NCBI RefSeq assembly: GCF_963921235.1
Contig: NC_086097.1
Location: 6,510,001-6,574,000 of the forward strand
Source: Mobula hypostoma
Taxonomy: Eukaryota
Length of the DNA stretch: 64,000 bases
Direction of reading: 5' to 3'
Shown here in pieces: positions 36,628 through 45,848 of this stretch. A model generated the notes under the pieces. The model made no database searches, had not been told where the DNA came from, and worked only from the letters and a program-made list of their open reading frames with translations. Numbering within the stretch: position 1 is the first letter of the stretch; the number at the start of each line of letters is the position of its first letter. Made by a program: the position numbers and the translations under genes.

Positions 36628-37450
36628 CTTCCCCACTGACCTCCCTCCTGGCACTTATTCTTGCAAGCAGAACAAGTGCTACACCTGCCCCTACACCTCC
36701 TCCATCACTACCATTCAGAGCCCCAAGCAGTCCTTCCAGGTGAGGCGATGCTTCACCTGTGAGGCTGTTGGGGTCATATACTCTGTCTGGTGCTCCTGGT
36801 GTGGCCTCTTGTATATTGGTGAGACCCAGCGTAGATTGGTAGACTGTTTCGTTGAGCACCTACATTCCGTCTGCCAGAAGAATGGGATCTCCCAGTGGCC
36901 ACCTATTTTATTTACACTTCCCATTCCCATTCCAATATGTCAATCCATGGCCTCCTCTACTGTCACGCTGAGGCCAAACTCAAGTTGGAGGAACACCTTA
37001 TATTCCGTCTGGGTGGCCTCCAACCTGATGGCATAAACATCGATTTCTCAAACTTCTGGTAATGCCCTCCCCCGGTCCTTCACCATTCCCCATCCCTTTT
37101 TCCCTCTCTCACCTTATCTCCTTGCCTGTCCATCTCCCGCCTCTGGTTCTCCTCCCCCTTTTCTTTCTTCCAAGGCCTTCTGTCTTCTATTATCAGACTC
37201 CGAATTCTCCAGCCCTGTATCTTTTTCACCAGTCAACTTCCCAGCTCTCTCTTCACACCAACCTCTCCCGGTTTCACCTATCACTTTGTGTTTCTCCCTC
37301 CTCTCTCCATCCCCCCCACACCTTATAAATCTACTCCTCATCTCTTTTTTTTTCTCCAGTCCTGCCGAGGAACCTTGGCTCAAATCGTCGACTTTACTTT
37401 TTCTCCATAGACGCTGCCTGCCCTACTAAGTTCCTCCAGCATTTTGTGTG
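36628..37450 (+). mobile_element. Penelope-like element (GIY-YIG, terminal repeat), inverted relative to 35392-36608
   Basis: PGTYSCKQNKCYTCPY..FTCEAVGVIYSVWCSWCGLLYIGETQRRL (36623-37036). Confidence 0.92.
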
Positions 37451-37993
37451 ATTAATCGGGTATTTGGTTGTGCAATCATATATGAGCATAGTGTCCGGCA
37501 ATAGGCTCAGCACACTGCCCGGGGTGGTGGTAGGGTGGGGGCATCTGTAATGAGGATGATGAAGAGGGACGTGCATTGTGCATCCTGACTGCCAGAGGTC
37601 TGTTCATCAGGCAGTCTGACACCCTGTTGCACAGTGGTGTAGTTAGACAAAGGAGTAGGTGTTTGTTCACCAAGGTCTGAGGGACAACAAAGCTGAATGA
37701 CAAATCAAAATGCAGAAATGGAAATTTACTTTGAAGTTTGAACTTAAAGCATATTTAATAGGTGGCTGGCAATGTGCACAAGTATTGTTTACCCAGTGGA
37801 ATTATCTCCATGGAGGCTTACAGCACAATCCGTTCTTTAGTGCAGCCATCGTCCTTTTCACTGGCCAGTTCTATTAATATTGATGTATTGCCGACTGGAA
37901 TGGCTGTATACAATATCCCTACTCATCATCCTCCTGCTTGTAAAACTCACAGTGATCCTGATATGGAAATTCAAATTAGTAGCAAATATGCAC

Positions 37994-40509
37994 AGCAGTT
38001 ATAATGGGTGACTTCAATCTGCATGTAGATTGGGTGAACCAAATTGGTAAAGGTGCTGAGGAAGAGGATTTCTTGGAATGTATGCGGGATGGTTTTTTGA
38101 ACAAACATGTCGAGGAACCAACTAGAGAGTAGGCTATTCTGGACTGGGTTTTGAGCAATGAGGAAGGGTTAATTAGCAATCTTGTCGTGAGAGGCCCCTT
38201 GGGTAAGAGTGACCATAATATGGTGGAATTCTTCATTAAGATGGAGAGTGACATAGTTAATTCAGAAACAAAGGTTCTGAACTTAAAGAGGGGTAACTTT
38301 GAAGGTATGAGACGTGAATTAGCTAAGATAGACTGGCAAATGACACTTAAAGGATTGACGGTGGATATGCAATGGCAAGCATTTAAAGGTTGCATGGATG
38401 AACTACAACAATTGTTCATCCCAGTTTGGCAAAAGAATAAATCAAGGAAGGTAGTGCACCCGTGGCTGACAAGAGAAATTAGGGATAGTATCAGTTCCAA
38501 AGAAGAAGCATACAAATTAGCCAGAGAAAGTGGCTCACCTGAGGACTGGGAGAAATTCAGAGTTCAGCAGAGGAGGACAAAGGGCTTAATTAGGAAGGGG
38601 AAAAAAGATTATGAGAGAAAACTGGCAGGGAACATAAAAACTGACTGTAAAAGCTTTTATAGATATGTAAAAAGGAAAAGACTGGTAAAGACAAATGCAG
38701 GTCCCCTACAGACAGAAACAGGTGAATTGATTATGGGGAGCAAGGACATGGTAGACCAATTGAATAATTACTTTGGTTCTGTCTTCACTAAGGAGGACAT
38801 AAATAATCTTCCAGAAATAGTAGGGGACAGAGGGTCCAGTGAGATGGAGGAACTGAGCGAAATACTTGTTAGTAGGGAAGTGGTGTTAGGTAAATTGAAG
38901 GGATTGAAGGCAGATAAATCCCCAGGGCCAGATGGTCTGCATCCTAGAGTGCTTAAGGAAGTAGCCCAAGAAATAGTGGATGCATTAGTGATAATTTTTC
39001 AAAACTCGTTAGATTCTGGACTAGTTCCTGAGGATTGGAGGGTGGCTAATGTAACCCCACTTTTTAAAAAAGGAGGGAGAGAGAAACCGGGGAATTATAG
39101 ACCGGTTAGCCTAACATCGGTGGTGGGGAAATTGCTGGAGTCAGTTATCAAAGATGTGATAACAGCACATTTGGAAAGCGGTGAAATCATTGGACAAAGT
39201 CAGCATGGATTTGTGAAAGGAAAATCATGTCTGACGAATCTCATAGAATTTTTTGAGGATGTAACTAGTAGAGTGGATAGGGGAGAACCAGTGGATGTGG
39301 TATATTTGGATTTTCAAAAGGCTTTTGACAAGGTCCCACACAGGAGATTAGTGTGCAAACTTAAAGCACACGGTATTGGGGGTAAGGTATTGATGTGGAT
39401 GGAGAATTGGTTAGCAGACAGGAAGCAAAGAGTGGGAATAAACGGGACCTTTTCAGAATGGCAGGCAGTGACCAGTGGGGTACCGCAAGGCTCAGTGCTG
39501 GGACCACAGTTGTTTACTATATATATTAATGACTTAGACGAGGGAATTAAATGCAGCATCTCCAAGTTTGCGGATGACACAAAGCTGGGCGGCAGTGTTA
39601 GCTGTGAGGAGGATGCTAAGAGGATGCAGAGTGACTTGGATAGGTTGGGTGAGTGGGCAAATTCATGGCAGATGCAATTTAATGTGGATAAATGTGAAGT
39701 TATCCACTTTGGTGGCAAAAATAGGAAAACAGATTATTATCTGAATGGTGGCCGATTAGGAAAAGGGGAGGTGCAACGAGACCTGGGTGTCATTATACAC
39801 CAATCATTGAAAGTGGGCATGCAGGTACAGCAGGTGGTGAAAAAGGCGAATGGTATGCTGGCATTTATAGCGAGAGGATTCGAGTACAGGAGCAGGGAGG
39901 TACTACTGCAGTTGTACAAGGCCTTGGTGAGACCACACCTGGAGTATTGTGTGCAGTTTTGGTCCCCTAATCTGAGGGAAGACATCCTTGCCATAGAGGG
40001 AGTACAAAGAAGGTTCACCAGATTGATTCCTGGGATGGCAGGACTTTCATATGCAGAAAGACTGGATGAACTGGGCTTGTACTCGTTGGAATTTAGAAGA
40101 TTGAGGGGGGATCTGATTGAAACATATAAAATCCTAAAGGGATTGGACAGGCTAGATGCAGGAAGATTGTTCCTGATGTTGGGGAACTCCAGAACGAGGG
40201 GTCACAGTTTGAGGATAAAGGGGAAGCCTTTTAGGACCGAGATTAGGAAAAACTTCTTCACACAGAGAGTGGAGAATCTGTGGAATTCACTGCCACAGGA
40301 AACAGTTGAGGCTAGTTCATTGGCTATATTTAAGAGGGAGTTAGATATGGCCCTTGTGGCTAAAGGGATCAGGGCGTATGGAGGGAAGGCTGGTGCAGGG
40401 TTCTGAGTTGGATGATCAGCCATGATCATAATAAATGGCAGTGTAGGCTCGAAGGGCCGAATGGCCTACTCCTGCACCTATTTTCTATATTTCTATGTTT
40501 CTATGTTTC
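37994..40509 (+). mobile_element. Young CR1 LINE, 5'-truncated in the endonuclease domain, 7-bp TSD TATGCAC
   Basis: TATGCAC at 37987-37993 and 40510-40516; (TTTCTATG)n tail. Confidence 0.97.
38151..40406 (+). CDS. CR1 ORF2 reverse transcriptase, 751-aa open frame lacking the endonuclease N-terminus
   Basis: KSPGPDG, NYRPVSLTS, QHGF, YLDFQKAFDKVPH, GVPQGSVLGP and KFADDTKL all intact. The frame starts at a TTG; an in-frame TAG near 38129 corresponds to CAG in the 8067 copy. Not autonomous. Confidence 0.9.
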   Translation: MSNEEGLISNLVVRGPLGKSDHNMVEFFIKMESDIVNSETKVLNLKRGNFEGMRRELAKIDWQMTLKGLTVDMQWQAFKGCMDELQQLFIPVWQKNKSRKVVHPWLTREIRDSISSKEEAYKLARESGSPEDWEKFRVQQRRTKGLIRKGKKDYERKLAGNIKTDCKSFYRYVKRKRLVKTNAGPLQTETGELIMGSKDMVDQLNNYFGSVFTKEDINNLPEIVGDRGSSEMEELSEILVSREVVLGKLKGLKADKSPGPDGLHPRVLKEVAQEIVDALVIIFQNSLDSGLVPEDWRVANVTPLFKKGGREKPGNYRPVSLTSVVGKLLESVIKDVITAHLESGEIIGQSQHGFVKGKSCLTNLIEFFEDVTSRVDRGEPVDVVYLDFQKAFDKVPHRRLVCKLKAHGIGGKVLMWMENWLADRKQRVGINGTFSEWQAVTSGVPQGSVLGPQLFTIYINDLDEGIKCSISKFADDTKLGGSVSCEEDAKRMQSDLDRLGEWANSWQMQFNVDKCEVIHFGGKNRKTDYYLNGGRLGKGEVQRDLGVIIHQSLKVGMQVQQVVKKANGMLAFIARGFEYRSREVLLQLYKALVRPHLEYCVQFWSPNLREDILAIEGVQRRFTRLIPGMAGLSYAERLDELGLYSLEFRRLRGDLIETYKILKGLDRLDAGRLFLMLGNSRTRGHSLRIKGKPFRTEIRKNFFTQRVENLWNSLPQETVEASSLAIFKRELDMALVAKGIRAYGGKAGAGF

Positions 40510-40544
40510 TATGCACGTTTGGAAATATCTATCTATCCATCTAT

Positions 40545-40805
40545 TTGTTTGTTTATTTGTTTATTTATCTGTTTATCTATTTATTTACTTACTGAGAAAC
40601 ACTGCTCAACAGACCTTCCAGCCCTTTGAGCCGCACCACCCAGCAATCCCTTATTTTAACTCTTGCCCAATCACAGGACTGTTTACGATGACCAACCAAT
40701 CTACCAACTGGCATGAATTTGGACTGTGGCAGGAAACCAGTGGACCCAAGTGGAGCTCACACAGTCACGGAGAGAACGTACAAACTCATTACAGGCAGCA
40801 ATGGG
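40545..40805 (-). mobile_element. V-domain SINE, 5'-truncated
   Basis: TTTGGACTGTGGCAGGAAACCAG core and (TTTA)n tail. Confidence 0.8.
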
Positions 40806-40832
40806 AAATATTTTTGTCAAACCACATGATTA

Positions 40833-41115
40833 TAAACTCTACCAACGGTCCCAAGCCTGGCAGAGAACGGAGCTCCAACATGGGTGGGCCCAAGCCCAGC
40901 TGGGAATGGTGGAGGGTTCGTCATGGGGCCGGTAACCCTAACCTGTAAAAGTCCAGAGTTATAGAAACACCAACAGAAGCTCCAAAGATCTCACCCCTGA
41001 AGGATATACCATAAAGACGGGCTGCACCTGTGGACACCTTGAAAGATTGGCCCAGAACAGAGGACTCTGTTGAGCTACCCTCCAGTAGGGGTGATGGGCC
41101 TTGAGAAGAAGACAA
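40833..41115 (+). mobile_element. Short bipartite RTE-derived element with twister-like 5' end
   Basis: 5' AACTCTACCAACGGTCCCAAGCCTGG..GGAGGGTT..GGGGCCGGTAACCCTAACCTGTAAAA; 3' GAAAGATTGGCCCAGAACAGAGGACTCTG..CCAGTAGGGGTGATGGGC; homologous to 43405-43857 (minus). Confidence 0.7.
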
Positions 41116-41579
41116 GTTTATAACATTCATATTCAACAAATTCATCTGTACACATTTTACCAACTCAAGAAAATCAAGCTGTTGATCTTTTTCATTGTTC
41201 AGATAAAAATGATCTCTACAATTCATTCAAACAACCAACGGACAGATATATTGTCTTAAGATAAATAATATGAGTCTAACATCAATAACTATGGTTTGAA
41301 CTGTTCCCAAATCCTTGGAAGTAGCTTGACTGATGATGCAATTAATTCCAGCATGTAATGTGGAACATTTAAAAGCGATGAAGAATTCTATTGCATTTTA
41401 CTTTGTGATAGTCACTTCCCTGAAAGTAAATGCTAATGAAGTGGAAACCAGAACTTTCAACAAGCAACCCTGCTGACTGATCTGATTTCCCCGTTAATCA
41501 TGCTTCCGCTTTCCTCCTGCACCACATCTGAATATCACTCTGAAGTAATTACTACAGTCGCATAATGATTAGTGCAACT

Positions 41580-42205
41580 CCATCTCCCTCTCTCTCTCTC
41601 CCTCTTTTTTTCCTCTCCCTCTTTCTCTCTCCCTCTGTCTTTCTTTCTCTCTCCCTCTCTCCAATGAAGCAGTGGAACCTATCTCAGTAAACCTACTTAA
41701 GACAAGGTTGGATAGATTTCTGTGTAGTAGGGAAATTAGGAGTTATGGGGAAAAGGCAGGTAGGTGGAGATGAGTCCATGGCCAGATCAGCCTTGATCCT
41801 ATTGAATGGTAGAACAGGCTCACTGGGCTGGATGGTCTACTCCTGCTCCTATTTCTTATGCTATTATAGTCTCTCCCTCTCTCGCTCACTTACTTTCTCT
41901 CACTTGCTTTCTCTCTCATTCTCCCTCCCTCTTTTGTCTTACCTTCTCTCGCTCTGCCTTTCTCTACCTCTTCTTCTCCCTCCCTCTTTTCTCTTACCTT
42001 CTCTCACTCTGCCTTTCTGTACCTCTTCTTCTCCCTCCCTCTTTTCTCTTACCTTCTCTCGCTCTGCCTTTCTCTATCTTCTCTTCTCCTTCTCTCTCTG
42101 CCCCTTTCTTTTGCTCCCTCTCTTTTTCCCTTCTTTCTCTCGCTCCTCTCTTTCTCTCTCTCCCCCTCCCCTTTCTCTCTACCTCCTGCTTGCTCTCTCT
42201 GGGAG

Positions 42206-42270
<65 letters not shown>
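41580..42270. repeat. Polypyrimidine tract with a 55-bp x3 tandem repeat (about 41919-42080), a CR1 3' tail (about 41665-41865) and (GA)n (42204-42270)
   Basis: CTCCCTCCCT recurs at 41921, 41976 and 42031; (GA)n read directly. Confidence 0.9.
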
Positions 42271-42275
<5 letters not shown>

Positions 42276-42784
42276 ATCACACCTGTAATAAGTGGCAATT
42301 GAAAGCTCAGCTCCAATTCTGTAAGCAAAGTTTGTTTCCCACTGAAATGAGAGATGCACTAAAATAAGTGTTGTTTACTCAGACCATTGACAAGCTTACC
42401 CATTGAAACAAACCACATTCTAATGGCATAATTGCTACAATTGGCTTTTGGAAATGCACAGATCCATTAGGCACAGCAGGCAATGGAAGCACAAAGAGAT
42501 ATTATAAAGGGGGAAATGAATAGACTATTCTACATGTAATTAGGAGATCAGAAGCAATAGATCTGAATTTGATGGTAACCAGGAAAAAGCATTGTTGGAA
42601 TGGCAACACAAGAAAGAATGTGTGTGGATGATGGATTCAATTAAATTCATGGTTTTCTCTGGCTGGATTAAATGTTTCAAGAAAAGTGCTGAGAAGCAAC
42701 AGCATAGATACTGTCAGTAGAAAAGTTTCCGAAGAAGCGGAAACAAATCATAGCTGAAGGCTTTTTTTATTTCTTGTAATCTAT

Positions 42785-43195
42785 TTCCATCCCCCTTCCC
42801 ACTTTTTCAACTCTCCAATCTGGTCTCTTCTCCCCACCTGCCTATCACCTCTCTGTAGTGCCTCTCTTCTTTCCCCTTCTCCCATGGTCCACTCTCATCT
42901 CCCATCAGATACCTTCTTGGGCAGCCCTTTACCTCTTCCACCTATCACCACCCAGCTTCCTTCAACATCACTTAGCACCCACCCACCCACTTGTCTTCAC
43001 CTATGACCTTCCAGCTTGATCTCCTCCCGCTCTCCCAGCCTTCTTATTCTGGGATCTTCCCCCTTCCTTTCCAGTCCTGAAGAAGGGTCTCAGCCGGAAA
43101 CATCAATAGTTTATTCTTTTCCACAGATGCTGCCTGACCTGCTGAGTTCCTCCAGTAATTTGTGTGGGTTGTTCTGGATTTCCAGCATCTACAGC
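42785..43195 (+). mobile_element. PLE terminal repeat with decayed hammerhead (43072-43107)
   Basis: CAGTC-CTGAAGA-AGGGTCTCAGCCG-GAAA-CATC..GATGCTGCCTGACCTGCTGAGTTCCTCCAG. Confidence 0.8.
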
Positions 43196-43404
43196 GTTAT
43201 TGATGAAGGTTACGAATCTTCTGAACTTGTGGGTAAAGTGGTTCCAGCTTTTGGAAGCATACGCTCACGAGGCTGAGGGGCTGCTCCAGGCTCGAGGCAG
43301 CAAACAATTCACTCAAATGAAAGCTCTCAATGGACCACTCAGTGTATCTGAGGACTGAGGAAAGTGTATTCAAAGGCCAACTTTCCAGTGGGTATGAGGA
43401 GTCT

Positions 43405-43857
43405 ATATGCCATCACCCCTACTGGGGCATAGACTGCCAGCAGAAGTCAAGGTAAAAGTCAAGTACATTTATTGTCAAAGTATGTGTATGATATACCACC
43501 TTGAGATTTGTCTCCTTACAGGCAGCCACAAGACAAAGAAACGCAATAGAACCCACTTGTAAAAAAAATTGAACGTCCAATGTGCAGAAAAAAAATCAAA
43601 TCGTGCAAACAACTGAAGTTCACAAAAGTGAGTCCATAGCCACAAAGCCAGTCATTACTGCTGCCTTCGTTCAGCTAGAGTCCTCTGTATTGGGCAGGAT
43701 GTAGCTCGTCAAAGATTCGTCCGCTCCCAGGGATGAGGTCTTTGAAGCTTCTGCTAGTGTCTCTGTAGCACTGGGTTTTTATGGGTTGGGGTAGCTAGCC
43801 CCATGCACAACCTTCCTCCTTTGGTAGCCGGGCTTGAAACCATCCATGGTGGGGTTA
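43405..43857 (-). mobile_element. Second copy of the twister-headed RTE-derived element, split by a Rex-type tail (about 43447-43675)
   Basis: Reverse complement TAACCCCACCATGGATGGTTTCAAGCCCGG..AAAGGAGGAAGGTTGTGCATGGGGCTAGCTACCCCAACCCATAAAAA; 3' end CCCCAGTAGGGGTGATGG at about 43409-43427. Confidence 0.7.
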
Positions 43858-43859
43858 TG

Positions 43860-44650
43860 CTGCCATGGTGCAGCTGAAAATAACCTTTAGTTAGGTCACA
43901 TTTGGAGTATTGTGTATAGTTCTGGTTGTCACACGACAGGAAAGGTGTCGAGGCCATGCAGAAGGTGAAGAAGAGATTCACCAAGATGGTGCCTGGATTA
44001 GACATTATGACATGTAAGAAGATGTGGGACAAATTCGTTTTGTTTTCTCTGGAATATAGGATGCTGAGGGGCGACTGGTAGAAATATATAATATCTTGAA
44101 AGGACTAATTAAAAGAGGTAGTCAGAGTATTTTTCCCAGTGCGGCACCACTGTAGCGTAGCGGATAGCAGAAAGTTATTACAGCTTGGGGCATTGGAGCT
44201 CATTGTTCAATTCCAGTGCCAGCTGTTGTAAGCTTCTACGTCCTCCCGTGAATGCATGGGTGAGTAGGTTAATTGGTCATTGTAAATTGTCCTTTGATTA
44301 GATCAGTGTTAATTAAATAGGTTGCTGAGCCTGTTCCGCATTGTTTCTCCAAATAAATAAATTTTTTTTAAAAATTATCAAATGTTGGAGGACATAGGTG
44401 AGGGTAGGGAGGGAGGGTGTGAAGTTGAAAGGAGATATGTGAGGCAAGTGCCTGGATTACATTGCCAGGGGAGATGGTGATAACACTCACTATGGTAATC
44501 TTTAAGAGGCATTTTGACAGATACATGAAAAGATATAGAATAGAATGGTACAGATTGTGTGGGCAGATAGTATTAGTTAGACTGGTTTCAAACAGCAGTG
44601 CAAACATAACAAGCTGCAGGGCCTGTTCTATGCTCGATGCTCTGTTCTAT
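43860..44650 (+). mobile_element. Old CR1 3' part split by a V-SINE (44141-44362)
   Basis: TTGGAGTATTGTGTATAGTTCTGG (LEYCV.FW) before the SINE; CR1 3' UTR after it. Confidence 0.75.
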
Positions 44651-44963
44651 ATGTATATGTGCCTAAAACTTTTTATTGTAATTTATAGTTTTTGTTATTA
44701 TGTATTGCAATGTACTGTCACTGCAAAGCAAAAAGTGTTATGCCATATGTCAGTGTTATTAAACCTTATTCTGAAGATGACAAATTGTCCCGTGTTAGGA
44801 GGTAAGCAAGCTCCATTTGGATTAGAATCATACAAACATACTTGGAGACAAAGGCTGCCACCAGGAGACCACAGAGTCAAGGAAGTCTGTGGCACTGCAG
44901 TTGGGTACCGATGGATGGCCAGAATTCCTATCTGCTCTCAGTTATCACTGAAAACTACAAATA

Positions 44964-45470
44964 CGCGCAGTAACCACTTTCTTTGGTACACTGAAACACC
45001 TGCTCGTTAATGCAAATATCTAATCAGCCAATCATGTGGCAGCGATTCAATGCATAGAACCATGCAGGCATGGTCAAGAGGTTCAGTTGCTGTTCATAGC
45101 AAATATCAGAATAAAGAAGACATTTATTCTAATTGACTTTGACCATGGGATGATTGTTGGTGCCAGATGGGGAGGGTTGAGTACCTCAGAAACCACTGAT
45201 CTCTTGGGATTTCACACACAGCGGTCTCCAGAGATTACAGAGAAGGGCATGAAAAACCAGACCCATCCAGTGAGCAGCAGTTCTGTGAACAAAACTGCCT
45301 TGTTAATTAGAGAGGTCAAAGCAGAATGCCCGGACTGGTTCAAACTGAGAGGAAGGAGACAACAAACCATATAAACATGTATTACAACAGTAGTGTGCTG
45401 AAGACCATCCCTGAATAGGAAACAGGCAGATCCTTAAAGTGGATGGGCTACAGCAGCTGAAGACCACAAA
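44964..45470 (+). mobile_element. Tc1-like DNA transposon remnant (left TIR region plus N-terminal HTH)
   Basis: DFDHGMIVGARWGGLSTSETTDLLGF in ORF 45036-45374; TA followed by CGCGCAGTAACCACTTT..GGTACAC. Confidence 0.8.
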
Positions 45471-45504
45471 CATGCAGTTCTATGCAAAAGTCTTAGGTAT
45501 ATAC

Positions 45505-45840
45505 ATAGCAACACACACAAAACGCTGAAGAAACTCAAAAGGTCAGGCAACATCTGTGGAAATGAATAAAAGGTCGACGTTTCAGGCTGAGACTCTTCAT
45601 CAGAATTGATGAGGAAGGGGGAAATATCAGAATAAAAAAGTGGGGTGAGAGGAAGAAGGCTAACTGGAAGGTGATAGGTGAAGCCTGGTGGGTAGGAAAG
45701 ATAAAGGGCTGGGAGGAAGAAATCTGACAGGAGAGGAGAGTGGACCGAAGGAGAAAAGGAAGGAGGAGAAAACCAAGGAAAGTAATAGACAGGTGAGAAG
45801 AGGTCAGTTGGGGAGTAGAAGAAGTGGGGGAGGGGGAGGA
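45505..45840 (-). mobile_element. PLE terminal repeat with hammerhead core (45572-45608)
   Basis: Reverse complement CTGATGA-AGAGTCTCAGCCT-GAAACGTC-GACC; catalytic boxes intact, helices weakened. Confidence 0.8.
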
Positions 45841-45848
45841 TCCATGTT

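Noticed and set aside
37762..37985. Possible host exon in unique sequence (also 43195-43245 and 12977-13201)
   Set aside because: No recognisable protein similarity or convincing splice-site pair; small exons cannot be excluded without RNA-seq.
38567..39425. Segment deleted in the 8067 copy begins GC and ends AG, suggesting splicing
   Set aside because: Poor donor context and no polypyrimidine tract; microhomology-mediated deletion is simpler.
40412..40948. 178-aa ORF after the CR1 RT
   Set aside because: Reads through the CR1 tail, a microsatellite, an antisense SINE and the twister-like head.
41919..42080. Regularly spaced repeat as a CRISPR-like array
   Set aside because: Head-to-tail 55-bp minisatellite without unique spacers, in eukaryotic DNA.
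41745..42359. ORFs of 185, 160 and 121 aa
   Set aside because: Low-complexity translations of CT/GA repeats.
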